A DNA stretch of 60,750 nucleotides, counting the filler, from Sphacelaria rigidula (taxonomy: Eukaryota): assembly GCA_964200075.2 (NCBI GenBank). It is 8 parts of 8 records of this genome, joined end to end, with 100 filler letters (N's around TTAATTAATTAA, not from the genome) between each part and the next. Parts side by side here need not be neighbours in the genome. Positions count along the whole stretch, not along the records: positions 22,821 to 30,326 come from CAXNAA020014594.1; positions 30,427 to 37,932 come from CAXNAA020014595.1; 6 more parts are not named here. One strand, given 5' to 3'. Every line of letters starts with the position of its first letter. Within the stretch, counting starts at the first letter, position 1. Under the pieces are notes generated by a model. The model was given only the letters and a program-made list of their open reading frames with translations. It was not told the DNA's origin and searched no databases. Positions 25,894 through 38,032 of the stretch are shown here, one piece after another. The position numbers and the translations under genes are program-made.

Positions 25894-26805
25894 CTACTCG
25901 GAGCCGGAATCCTCTCGCCGTGTGCGCCGACGGCGGCGCTTGGACAGTGCAGTCCCAGCGGCGATTTCAGCAGCCTCAATTTCGTCATCCTCCCGGCGCC
26001 AGCAATGGTCGAGGTCGTGTGAATTCCGCGATTCGCACTTTTCATAAGTACAATCCGCGCGGTCGGGGTCGAGGCGGTGACTGTATCGAGCGCGCGACGA
26101 ACGAGCGCCGTTGCGGTGGCGGTTGCTACCTCCCAACGAGCGACCAGGGGAGTTGTTTCTGTTTTTCCCGCCACGGGCGATGGTGTTGCTGTTGCGGTTG
26201 CCCCCAGCAGCGCGCGTGTTGGGGTTGCTGTTGCCCCTGGTCGCTGCGGACGCGATCACTATACGTGAGGATGGACGATTGGCTGCGGCACGAGCAGTTG
26301 ATTGCTGCGTGGCAGCTTGCGCGTGTTGGAACGCCTGCGCAGTTGTAGTGCCGGCCACAGCGCCATATGCTGCAGAACTGGCACTGAATGGCACGGGTTG
26401 ACGACCCTCCCGAAGAGCAAGGATTCGCGCCTGCGTCTCTTCTTCCCACAGGATCCGCACGAGGTCTCCGGGTTCGAGGGGAGTAAGAGCATCCTCGTGG
26501 CGTGCTACGGACACGCTGGCTCTACTCACAGTGCTGGCTCTACCAGCAGCGGCACCATGAGGGGCGGCTCCATCAGCCACGGCTTCGGTTGCGAAGTTGA
26601 CGACACGGTCGTCATCGCTGGCGCCACTGACGCCACTATCGCCATCATCTTGGTCATTGTTGTTAGCGGCACGGCCACTAACGTCTGCCTCAGAAGCAGA
26701 GTCGGACTCCGGTTCGAAATCAACCTGGTCGTCCTGGTCGGCGATTGCTGCCACAGTCGCCTCTTCAGCATCCTGGGATGCCGTGCGTTTCTTTTTTCTC
26801 TTCAT
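25894..26805 (-). CDS. gag: Gag-like ORF with variant zinc knuckle
   Basis: Position between PBS and pol; CTYEKCESRNSHDLDHC (CX4CX5HX4C); basic C-terminus; start taken at the ATG of MKRKKKR. Confidence 0.7.
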   Translation of the reverse strand: MKRKKKRTASQDAEEATVAAIADQDDQVDFEPESDSASEADVSGRAANNNDQDDGDSGVSGASDDDRVVNFATEAVADGAAPHGAAAGRASTVSRASVSVARHEDALTPLEPGDLVRILWEEETQARILALREGRQPVPFSASSAAYGAVAGTTTAQAFQHAQAATQQSTARAAANRPSSRIVIASAATRGNSNPNTRAAGGNRNSNTIARGGKNRNNSPGRSLGGSNRHRNGARSSRARYSHRLDPDRADCTYEKCESRNSHDLDHCWRREDDEIEAAEIAAGTALSKRRRRRTRREDSGSE

Positions 26806-26877
26806 CACGCGGCCAAGCAATTGTAGGCCGCAATGCACGATCACCAACGCTTGCGTGTTGATCAGTCGACGCCACTA

Positions 26878-27175
26878 TGGAAGGGATAAGCCCCTTCGTA
26901 GGTTCTACAAGACGTTGGTCTCTTCTTCAGCGGTTTGGTGCGGAGTACACACCGGGTTGTGTCGTGTGTGGGCGAGCCAGCTGGGCTGAATTTGCATAGC
27001 AAAGATGCCCCGCGTTTATCCGAGGAATGTTCCTTCAGGGGTATTCCTCCGAGGTATTCCTCCGAGGAATTCCAGGAACGGTTCTGACTCTATCTGTGTA
27101 ACCCCGGCCAGAACTACGGTTCTGGACGGCCATCTGACGTCACTCTACCTGTCAATCTATGGTGGCATTTACACA
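26878..27175 (-). repeat. Putative 5' LTR of the Gypsy element (~300 bp), followed by PBS-like TGGCGTC
   Basis: Minus strand begins TGTGTAAAT, ends CCTTCCA, then TAG-TGGCGTCGAC; the second LTR is absent so boundaries are unconfirmed. Confidence 0.55.
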
Positions 27176-27359
27176 ACGACCAGTAATATACTTAAAGAAG
27201 AATCAAAAAGCCTTTTTTTCTCCTCTTGGCATATCAGTACCCGCATCTCTTTGGAATTGTGTTTGAACAAGACGGCTAACCTTCATAAAAAACAGTTGAA
27301 CCTACATTTGGGAATAGAGTGAAGACTTCTCCCACGACACTGGCGATCGACGGTACTCT

Positions 27360-28295
27360 GTGAGGAAGGTTCAGCAAGGTCTGCACAGCACAGTTCTTCG
27401 GTTCGACACTCCGACTACCAATATGTCCGGTAAGAGCAATCGCTCCGTGCGTGATGTGCAAAATACGAAGGGGGTCCGAACAAGGTCACAGCGTCGGGCA
27501 GATGATCTGGCACGAAATACAACTTTGACTTTTGCGGCTAGTTCACATGTGTCGCATGTATCAGAGACACATGTGTCGGAGGTATCAGAAACAAGTGAGA
27601 GACGAAATGAGGAGTCAGTTGAAAGCGTGTCGGATTTAGAACCGAGGCTTTCAGCAATTTCAGGTATAAACACTGGGGGGGAAAGAAGCATTACCGAAAA
27701 ATCTTCGGCGCTTCACCCTCATCGGGAGGATGACAGGACGGAAGTACAGAGTAATTCGCTAATAAATAATGAAAACAACTCGCGTCGTGCATCAGATGTA
27801 GAACCAGTGTTTATCCCTGAAGGAGGTCGAAGCCTTACCGATGAAACAACGTCGGCGTTTCATGCCTCCAACACAGACGACATGAAATGTGTTGAGAGCC
27901 TGACGGTAGCAGGGGCAAAAATTCACATCACAAATGTTGTGGACAGAGAGGGACAAAAGCGGTCCGTAGAAACGCCGTGTGTCCCAGCCTCTGTTGCTCC
28001 TGACAGTGACGTGCTCACTGTGCTAAACCATGATATTGAAACTTCACAACTGCCCAGTGCTGTGTATGACACGCTGGTGGGTAGCAACGTGAGGATGCCC
28101 ACGGATCGAAATGAAATGCTTGCTGGTAGTAAAGTTGAATCATCTGGTGATGTGAACAACATGCTTGCTGGTAGCAATTTGCAGTCGCCCACGAGAACAA
28201 ATGACATAGTTGTGGGTGATCAGGCAAAAGGTGGTGATGATTCCAAAATGATAGAAGGTACCCAAGTACCACTGTCCAGCGTTCATGATAAATAG
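27360..28295 (+). other. Ser/Glu-rich ORF of unknown function, probably retroelement-derived
   Basis: 311-codon open frame with low-complexity composition, overlapping tail-to-tail with a gag-like ORF. Confidence 0.35.
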
Positions 28296-29378
28296 GTTGC
28301 GAAAGTGGTTCCCGGTTCCACTGTAAAATTCACCAACAAACCCATGACACCTGCCGGGGTCACTTTGCTCAAAACCCTGCTTAGCATCCGGAGTACATGT
28401 TCAACAGCCTCCGGACCCTTTGATCCCCTATCTTGCATCCTAATCGCTTCATTGGTGACGTCAGCAATTCGTGTGCGCAGTAGTGATGCTGCCTGAGTCC
28501 CTTGTGGGGAGGATTTATTGCCTCGGATAGATTTCAGTAGATGTTTTTGTAAACATTTTACCCAACCCGGGTGCCAATCATCAGGGTCGGTATCCCCCAC
28601 TATTACCCGCATGTCATTCACGGAGTCTCTTAGAGCGGCGCCAAAAGCTACCAAATCAGCCACATCATGATTCGGACTGAGCGGCAATTTTGGCAACTCA
28701 ATTAAAATAGAAGTATCCATTTTGGCATACTCTCTTGCAATATCCGTGGCCGACTTGCCCGATTGGGGGGAGTACGGACACTGTGTTCACTATTTGTGGT
28801 GGGACCGGCTGTGTGTTGTCAACAGTTGATTCGGCGACTGACCTTTGCTTAGCGTGATAAAGCGGCATGTTCCCCCGGCCTCTGCCCCGGCGACCTCTCG
28901 GAGACCGCTGCTCGTGCCAGCTGGACGAGCTGCTTCCACCCTCAGAATTAGATTCTTCCCACCTCCGTGGCTCTCTGTCCTCGCCTCCCCTCGCAATCCC
29001 CCCACCTTGATTGCTCGGATTCGTCCGCATTAAGTGGAATTCCACCCAATCTGACAGGGGTCAATCCTCCGGGCATGTCCTTTTTATTTCCAGGTACTCC
29101 GAGAAAGTCAATGTATTTGTAGCCGCTTGCACTGGTGGCCGCGGTTGCTGATCCGAGCGGACCGGCGCCATCTCAACGGCTGGCTGCCGTTGAACCGCGG
29201 GGACCCTTTCCACGGTTTGCTGCCGTTGCACAGTTTGGGTTTCTGGCATCGGAGAGGCAGGCGGAAGTGGCGCGACTGGCGCAGGGTGCTCTGTCGAGGG
29301 GGTGACAGCCCCCCCGGGGGGTTTGCTGAGCCCCCTCTGATATTCCGCATATTCAGCTGGCCCCATATGCTGCGGCAA
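28283..29378 (-). pseudogene. Frameshifted gag/capsid-like fragment of a second retroelement
   Basis: Helical-looking segment 28283-28720 ending NFTVEPGTTFATYLS (MHR-like), preceded by Pro/Gln-rich broken frames. Confidence 0.45.
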
Positions 29379-30498
29379 AATGTTTGCCTCAGGAACCTGA
29401 TCGACCGTGGTTGTTTCCCGGGCTTTCCGGGCCTCTAACAGTTAGCACTTCAGCCCGTATTAAGTATCGGAGGACCTGTCCCTCCTGCAGAAACTGCAAA
29501 TACTAATATCGACACTGAGTCAGTCCGCTCAGTCCAACTCGCTCGTCATTGCATGGGGCGACTACGAGTCGGGGGAACGGGGAATTAACGTCCCCACCGG
29601 GTAAGAATTGCGGTGCCGACGGAACAATGAAATCCAACGTAAGGACTGATCATCCGAAGGAAGGAAATTCAAATGTTGGAAAGTCATCACAATCCTGTAC
29701 AGATAAGAATGTGACCCAGTCTGTAGGCACTTTAATGCAGATGGGGGCAAGAGGGGCTTTCGCGTGGAAATCTTGTACAACATTTCAGTCTGGCCGTCGG
29801 AATAGTGCATCAGCTGAGGGTCGCTCCCCTAGTTGCGCACAAATTCTAAGCGATGTCTTACGTGAAAAAGAAGCATCGAGTGCAAAGGCACACAGCCGAG
29901 ATGAATCATGCGAACCGTCGGTCGTAGCCAGGGTTTTGGATGGACCCGATGCGATTGTACAGTCGCAAAGTAATGAGCACCCAGTAGAAAAAGTAGTCAT
30001 CCAGGGTGAGGCAGGTGAACCGCGTGCTCGAGTTAGCACTGAACGTAGCCCTCGATACCCACTTGGACCGGGGAAAAACACGCAAAGATCACAACGCCGC
30101 AGGTTCTACCGTGCGAGATTAAACAATCCGCATCGGCAGGAACAACAGAAATAGTAGGAACCTGGTTGATCGAAGTGACATTACTCCTGCTGAAACTGGA
30201 TCTTCGATTGCTCACGGCAAGTCTGCCCGCAACATTCGGGATAATAGTAATGCTCCGGTAGGGGAACAAAATAATTGTCCCGCCGAGATTTCCACTGTGC
30301 ATGAAGAAACAAAACGCACCAGTTCGNNNNNNNNNNNNNNNNNNNNNNNNNNNNNNNNNNNNNNNNNNNNTTAATTAATTAANNNNNNNNNNNNNNNNNN
30401 NNNNNNNNNNNNNNNNNNNNNNNNNNTCTGTGTGGTTTTGTGGGTTGTCATGTCGTTCGAGGATGTGTGGTGTGAGAAGAGATTCGGTTCTGAGGATG

Positions 30499-30529
<31 letters not shown>

Positions 30530-30789
30530 TTTAACCATCACTAGCTAGTACTTCCTGTTTATCCCTTTTGAAAAAAACATGAAAGTCCCATTTTCGGTTT
30601 TCCAGGATAAACGTAAACGTTTCCACGATGTGGGCGTCAAATTGAAACTACGCGGTCGCCGACGACAATCCTGAGGGCTAACCTCTCTCGATGCAATACA
30701 CTGGAAGCTTAATCGAGACCTACTTGTGTCGTATTACGACCGCTGCACCTGATTTGTCTGTCTTTTCTGTCCGTTGCTGTCCGCATCAG

Positions 30790-30927
30790 GTCGTCAAGCT
30801 GCTGGTGGGGATGTATGGTGCGGAATTCGCCGTTCCTGCAGGAAACGGATCGACACCCCTACACTGGGCGGCCTCGAAAAACCGGAGAGCGATAATACGA
30901 TTGCTGGTGGGCACCTACTGCGCCCAG
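30790..30927 (+). CDS. Ankyrin-repeat protein, internal exon A
   Basis: CAG|...|GT boundaries; VVKLLVGMYGAEFAVPAGNGSTPLHWAASKNRRAIIRLLVGTYCAQ. Confidence 0.9.
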
Positions 30928-32682
30928 GTATATTCTTCGGCCGCCGGTAATAGATATGTGCGAGAGAGTATTTCCTTCACCAGTACTTGACGTGGGCATG
31001 CATGGCTTGTGAGCACGCCCAGCGTGTTGCTGAGTGACTTGATGTGCGATCATCAGTCAGTTAATTCATCAACAGTATTCGGCCGCGTCATTGCCCCGCG
31101 TTTCGAAAACTTGAACGATACGTTTGTTTGAAGCCGTGGTGTTGGATGCACACAGAAGACGATGGCGGCATGGTTTGTACCGCTGTAAAGCTGAGGACTG
31201 CTCGCAGCTACCACACGGCGTACGTTTTTTGTGATTGATGAATGTTCGCTGCTATCGTGGCACGTGAGCCCAAAATGAGCTCAAACCAGATTGTCGATAT
31301 ATGTGAATTCCTTTTGTGATCAGCGTGTAGCGGTCATCCGCCAGAGATATAAAACTTTTTAATAAATATCTCGAGGAGTCCAACCAGTTTTACTCGCTTA
31401 TTTTCCAGGACAATCCCACTGTATTCACCACACTCACCGCCATTTTGTGCCCAAGTATGTCAATTGACCCTCACTATTTGGCGAGATGGCAGCATGTATC
31501 CTTACCTGTTATTTTTTGTATTGAGATGCGGTGGAGGCCGGTGCTTGGTCCGTAAAGAGCGCCGGTGATCGCACTGGTTTGGTCAGGAACTAGTTGGGGC
31601 AGACTTGCGGGTTTCAATGTCGTTTAGTTACGGTTTTCAACGTCCCAGCACGTACGAGCGAGATTTGGTTAAACAGTCTCATGAATAATCCACAGACAGC
31701 GAGAATACTGATCCAAAAGTCGGAACAGTATTGTTCACGAGTAAAGTGCCAGAGATGATGAGCTGATTGATCCCTAGAGACTGCACCTGCCTCGACGAGA
31801 TGGGGCGGGGGCGGTATGGAGTACGACAAACGAAAGCAAAAAATGATCATGAGGGAGACGACAGGTGATGCTCAGCTGGCGACAGCCCACAAAGCATGCC
31901 ATGCTATGAGCTCTCGTCTGGTTCGGACACTTGTAAATCACGCGGATATAGTGGGGAATGGAGACCCGATCAGCGGTCGACAGCATGATCAGCCATGGAG
32001 ACGGTATGCCACAAGAGTGACTCAAGTGACGGTGTGCGTAGAGGTTATCTTCAACAAACGATTGCTCTGTTGCAGCCGCCGCGCCCCGTTGGTGTCCTGT
32101 CGTGGTACAACTTCGTCATGGAGTCGGGAAAAAAACGCAGGTTTGATTTTCCCGGCGGGTGCATCTTTTTTATTTATTTGAAAAAAGTGTCAGGCTTCCA
32201 TCGTTGAAAATGTGAGAACGCGAGGAGCGAAATTATTTTTCCCTGGCGAGAGTTAGGCAACACGGTGCGGGAGTGTTGGTCATGATCCAATCTGTGGTAA
32301 AACACCAAAATGCAAGACGTTTACCACGGAGGGGGGTGTACCCATCTTGCATACGATAGCCATAAGACCATTGACCTCGCATCCCTGCGAAGCCGGGAAG
32401 GAGCACGCCAGGTTTTCGCCGGACCAGGCTCGCGATCAATCACCAAACCTGAAGCGCTGTGGTATGCTCGGCGTTTATCGGGGGAGGGGGGGGGTTACGG
32501 TGTGATTCCCCGATACTGCGGACTCGCCCGCGCAAGAGAAGGAAAGGGTTTGAGGTGTGATGAGTAAAAACAATCATATATGGATTGATCGTCGCACATT
32601 TTAAGCAACCTGCTATGCGTGATGAAGGTACCCAAGGTAAGTAAAACGGATACACTCGCATATCGGTTGTTTATTTTGTCAT

Positions 32683-33017
32683 TAGTCGGTGGCTCTGCGG
32701 TGCCCACTGGTGTGAGTCTGTTTATACTCTGCTGCCCTCAATCCCTTGGGCCTTTTTTTTCTTTTTCTTTTTCTTTTCTTCGTTTTTGACCGGTGATTTA
32801 TTTCTGCGCTTTGCTTTTCTCGACTTTTTTTCTCGACTTTTTTTCACGTCTTGTCCACTAACTATGTCGTTCTGTTCGACTCCTTCTGTTTCTTCGTTTT
32901 CCTCAGCGAGTTTCTCAGTTTTGTTTCGTCTTGGGTACGTCTATCATGTGGATAATGACCACGGCTGGATCCCTGGGGGGCCACAACCAACCAATCAATC
33001 AATCAATCAATCAATCA
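32683..33017 (+). mobile_element. Family A retroposon in ankyrin-gene intron
   Basis: Homologous to 21527-21944; (CAAT)n tail; lacks the AAAGTGCGAC part. Confidence 0.8.
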
Positions 33018-33159
33018 CTACCCTTGACGGAAACTCGATAAAGAGGGGAACAATGAAGGGGAAGGGAAGAACCAGAAGAACCCGAAAACTGAAGGGAAAA
33101 AAAACAATGGAGAAAACATGGGAAAAATTAAAACCGTCAGGCTAAGAGCTAGTACAGCA

Positions 33160-33645
33160 TTGATGCCGCCGAAGACACCGGTGTAGGCTCGCAACTTTTG
33201 GTCGTCGTAATAATCGAAATCGAGATTGAGGATAATTCTGATATGCATTGGGCTCAGACGATAGTCTCGTGGTTGGTTATCTCAGGAGAAATATCGGAAA
33301 ATTTCGCGTTGATGCCGTCAAAGACACCGGTGTAGGCTCGCAACTCTCGGCGTTGTAATCATCAATATCAAGATCAAGGATAATTCTGATATGCATTGGT
33401 ATTGGCTTTTGTTACGACTTGGTCTGCTATGTCGTTCTGTTCGACTTTTTTTTTTTCTTCATGTTCCTTTTTTTCTTCAGAGCGTGCTTTCAGTTTCGTT
33501 TTTCTTGGGTACGTATATCATAAGACCACGGCTGAACCCCTGGGGGGTCAGTTAAAGTGCGACAATCAATCAATAAAAAAAAATTGGCCTTAGACAACAG
33601 TCTCAAGCTTGGTTATTTCAGGAGAAATATCGGAAACTTTTCTTG
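33160..33645. repeat. ~150-bp tandem duplication, second unit interrupted by a family A insertion
   Basis: TTGATGCCG..AAGACACCGGTGTAGGCTCGCAACT...GGATAATTCTGATATGCATTGG...CAGGAGAAATATCGGAAA occurs twice. Confidence 0.8.
33407..33582 (+). mobile_element. 5'-truncated family A insertion with candidate TSD ATTGGC
   Basis: Conserved 3' end plus CAATCAAT-polyA; ATTGGC at 33401-33406 and 33583-33588. Confidence 0.75.
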
Positions 33646-35092
33646 ATGACGCGAAAATGTAACTGTTCGGAGAATGCGATTTTTCTTCAAATTTGTACGT
33701 GATCGAGAAGTTTCAAAGCTGCCATTACATGTCACACGGGCATTCTTTTTGATGGATCTCACGAACAACTAAGGCATCGCCCAAGGATGTTGAGATATAG
33801 GCAATGAGAGATGGCCCACTTTCCTTTTGGTGTGGGGCACAGGTGTTGAGTTTCCCGTTTTGTTTCAAGTCCCTTACCTCTTGCAAATAGCCGGACCCCT
33901 ACTACATCCTGACTGTATCCTCAACCGCCCTCTTTGTCGTCGGTACTATTCTCTTTCTATCAACTGTGCTTCTGACTCGAATATCATGAAGACAATAGCG
34001 GGATACTACGGGGTATGGCGCGCCTCCTGTACGACGAGATCTATGGAAGTCGTGACATCATGGCAAGGAGGCATAGTTTGCAAGTATTCACAGTCGCAAG
34101 TGCCAAGAGATCAGTACGTTGAGGCTGATTGGTCAACGTGGCCTCTCCGTTGTGGGGCAATATCATTTTGTACCCGCAGTAGTCTTCACACTTGCATTTT
34201 TCATGTGTATTATCCTTGACAAAAAATATAACGATCCCGACCGAGTATGAAAACGAGGCGAGAGGGTCCCACCGCCAAGCTTCATTTTTCAGCACGTTCA
34301 TGTGAATCCGGTTTGTTTTCGAGATCGTTGTGTTCCTTCCATCCCCGGGCTGCACCATGGAACCGTTGATGTGCGCTATTAGGCCGCTGTTTTTTTTTTT
34401 TCTGTCAGGCGTTTGGGCTGAAGACTACAGTAAATGTGCGAGATAATCGTTCACTTGGTTTCTGTGTATCGCTACACTCTCCGATTCCTCGTACTGTTTA
34501 AACAAACACATACACACATACACACACACACACATACACACACACTTGGTTGCATTTTTCGGTCGTGTGATATGAACTGCAGCGTAGGTGTATATTCCAT
34601 GGATCGAAGCGAGGAAGTATAGTAGCCCGAACATGAAATTTGGAAGCACCCCCTTTTTTTGTCGTGCACGATTCGAGGGATACGATTATTATTGTAATCT
34701 TACAACGGTACCGTCGAGTATGCCTGTAGTTTCTTGTAACTGTACACCGGTACCGTTGTAGTATGTATGTAGCATGTACTCCGTCAGAGTGGACGCTGTA
34801 CCACTTACTTACGTACGTACGTCTCAGTAACGCCTTTACGAACTCCAATTTTATCTTCGAGACCATGGAACGCCAATATATGCTTGGGCATCAGCCATTT
34901 TCGATCTGTGGATGACTGATACATGAAGTAAAATGTACGTGGAAATAGGGGGTTTTAATACCCCGTCACACCTATACAGAACGGACATCAGCGGAGTTGA
35001 CAAGAGATATCTTCGATTTTATTCTTCTTCATTCTTTTTTCTCCGTTCTTTTTTTTCCCCCGTCTATGCGTGTGTGTTTGTCATGGGAACAG

Positions 35093-35194
35093 GTCGATGT
35101 GCGGGACGATAAGGGGTGCACTCCGACCCTTATCGCTGCGCTGAACGGGCACATCCAAGCGGTCGAGCTTTTAGCGGACCGCTTCGGTGCGAAG
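35093..35194 (+). CDS. Ankyrin-repeat protein, internal exon B
   Basis: CAG|...|GTGAAT; VDVRDDKGCTPTLIAALNGHIQAVELLADRFGAK; continues exon A in frame. Confidence 0.9.
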
Positions 35195-35493
35195 GTGAAT
35201 GTTTGTACATGTATGCATACTCTAGTCTCTCGTGTCAGACTCTTGTCTCGCGAGTGATTTCGTTTTTTTTTTTTTCATGACTTCGTAGGTGACTACACAC
35301 AGCAAGACGAAACACTCATGCTTCTGCGAGTCAGCGTGTCCTGATGCGAACATTTACGAGTTGAATTTCATGAGAGTGCTTGTGCAGAAAGGTCCCAGAA
35401 TATCTCGAATAGTGAAATATTGAATGTGTGCATGTGAACATGTCTGTGTGTGTGTGCGTGTGTGTGTTTTCATACTCGTGTTATGTTTTGCAG

Positions 35494-35655
35494 GTAACGA
35501 CACACGACAAGCGACGCACCAACTTGCTGCACGCAGCGTGCGAGATGGGACACGCGGACATGGCCACGTTTTTGATAGAGCGCTACCACATGTCGGTGGA
35601 GGAGCCTGACCGGAGAGGGCTAACTCCGCTGGCGAGAGCCTCCCTGCGAAACCAT
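35494..35655 (+). CDS. Ankyrin-repeat protein, internal exon C
   Basis: TTTTGCAG|...|GTAAGC; VTTHDKRRTNLLHAACEMGHADMATFLIERYHMSVEEPDRRGLTPLARASLRNH. Confidence 0.9.
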
Positions 35656-37396
35656 GTAAGCCGAGCATGGGAAAGAAAAACGAGAGCGTGTCTTTTTCCT
35701 CAGTCTTTGAGTCACCCATACAGAGGGCTCTCTCTGTAAAATGATTTTCGTCATACACGCAAAGGGCGGTAAATGTCAGAAAAGTTGCATCACGCCCACG
35801 CGTCTTTCGTCAAGCCTGAATTTGGCGCACGTGGAAGGGGGAACAGGGGACACGTATTGCAGATCCTAGAAGTTCGGCTTCCAGGCGTCGTCAGAGTTTT
35901 GAACCTGAAGTTGGTTCATGTCTGGAGAGATTTTATGTCTGAAGAGTACGCTATTGAACTCGGGGCAAGGATGAACACTGCTTTCGAAAGGTTAGTGCGA
36001 GTTACCTCGGGTCAAACAATTGATGCGGGGAAGGTTACGAAAACAGCGAAGCGGCTGCGGCCCGGAGATTGTGCGGCACCGTTTTTGGGAGAGTGTAGGA
36101 ATATATCAGTTTTCTTGATCGTTGTCCTTTGTACGTTGAATCGCTCCTGAAGCTAATTTTGTTGCGAGCAGAGACTCTCATGCAGCTTTTGTGGCGGTTT
36201 TAGATCCATGGGTGCAATGTTTCTGTAGAGTCAAAATGGGAGGGAGGGAAAGGGGGTAATGAGGAGGCGGGAGAGTGTGGTGCCGTAATGGAGACATACG
36301 CCGAGTCTTGCCCCATGACGCATTCGTGGGGGGTTCGGAGGTATACATTTTCCCACAAGCTTATGTGGAGGTGTGCTGATACTTTTTACCTGTGCGCAGG
36401 TGCCTGTAGTCCCGCCATTCACGTCAGCTGACCCCATGTGCTGGATAAATAGTGAATCGAAGTGTTCCCAGCGTTCAACACTACCCTAGAGTATACCATT
36501 TGGGAAGGATTTTTTTCGTTCTCTGCCCGGAAAATGTAATGACTGACTGTACTACACCGGATTATACGATTTGGAGAAGATGTTTTTTTGTTTTTCTTTT
36601 CTTCCACCTGGATAATGTAAATGGCCGCGCCAACGGTAGTCTCTCGTGTTTACACGGCTGTTATCCACCGTCATCATACGTTTGCGGAGCAAACGTTACG
36701 TTTCTGGTACCCACTGGGCGGTAAGTACACCGGTTCACCTGTGCATCACATTGACTGGGAGGAAAACTGTTTCATGCATTTCTAGCTTGTTGCCCTTGGG
36801 AGGCTTGTGTGCATTTATCATGTCGAACTTGCGTGGTCGCGTGGTTAGGGAGGGTTGGATGAGGGACACAGACTTCTTCGAGATCGAGATCGAGATCGAG
36901 ATGGAAGAAACATCGGTGGCCTCGGCCTGCAACGACGGCCATGACCTCACCCTCAGAACTCGATGTCTTCGACACGGAGGTTATCATAATTTTGAAGTTG
37001 AGTAGGGCTCATGGCGTGAGTACAGAGACGACTAACTAGTAGAATAGAGCATGCAACCCCGGACACGTTTCAAGTATTACTGCGACATGTTCAGGCTTAG
37101 GCGTCTCCGATGATTTTCGATCACCGTGTGATGACCGCAAAACAGCACATCTCGTTTTGTGCCTTTTCAAGGGGGGGGGGACAGGTTTTTCATATTTTTA
37201 CGTCACCCACCAACCAACCCACCTTTTTTTTTTTTTTCTGCTGGTACCGCGGAATTAGAGGGATAGCTGTTGCTTATTTGACCTTGGTATCGCTCGTATC
37301 CGTCGCGCTTGCTCTGCTGCGCCTCCCTCTTCTTTCGCTTTTCGTCCTGCTCTGCCTCCTCTGCTCTCTCTGTCCGACACCGAATTTGTCCAAAAG

Positions 37397-37533
37397 GTGG
37401 ACGTGTTCAGGAGACTAGTGGACAAACACGGAGCGCGATTGGACGCGCTGACGTGCCGTAGCAGTAGCTTGCTGCACGTCGCCTCCGAGGGTGGGGCTGT
37501 AGACTGTGCCAGGCTTCTCCTGCACGACTATGG
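37397..37533 (+). CDS. Ankyrin-repeat protein, internal exon D
   Basis: AAG|...|GTGAGG; VDVFRRLVDKHGARLDALTCRSSSLLHVASEGGAVDCARLLLHDY. Confidence 0.85.
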
Positions 37534-38032
37534 GTGAGGAGGAAGTGGCCATTCTTTGCGGGCTACCTCTTAACTTGGTTTGACAACTGTACTGCTGCTG
37601 TTTATGTTGTTGTCGTTGTGGTCGGCGCCGTCACTGCTGTAGGTGCTGCAGCCACCGCTGATGTCTTCCTTGTTACCTGTGGCCGGTGGTCGGTTGTTTC
37701 GAACGGAGAAGTGTGCTCCCCGACATGCCAGTCGTTCGCTCAAAGCTACAAGGTGTCCTCCCGCGTTGAGAAATGATGAACGAAGAGAAGCAAGCTTGGG
37801 AATTTTGCACGGTTAGGACAAATCATCACGACTCATAATCACCGAATCCACGATTTCTTCGGCCTGATCGCCCAAAAGGGAGAAAAAAAATGATCGCTGG
37901 TCCGAGGGGTATCCACGCAACTTTTGCGCCATNNNNNNNNNNNNNNNNNNNNNNNNNNNNNNNNNNNNNNNNNNNNTTAATTAATTAANNNNNNNNNNNN
38001 NNNNNNNNNNNNNNNNNNNNNNNNNNNNNNNN

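Larger units (their letters stand above)
22821..27175 (-). mobile_element. Ty3/Gypsy LTR retrotransposon, 5' part (truncated by contig end before integrase)
   Basis: Putative LTR, PBS, gag-like ORF, then PR-RT-RNaseH order. Confidence 0.92.
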
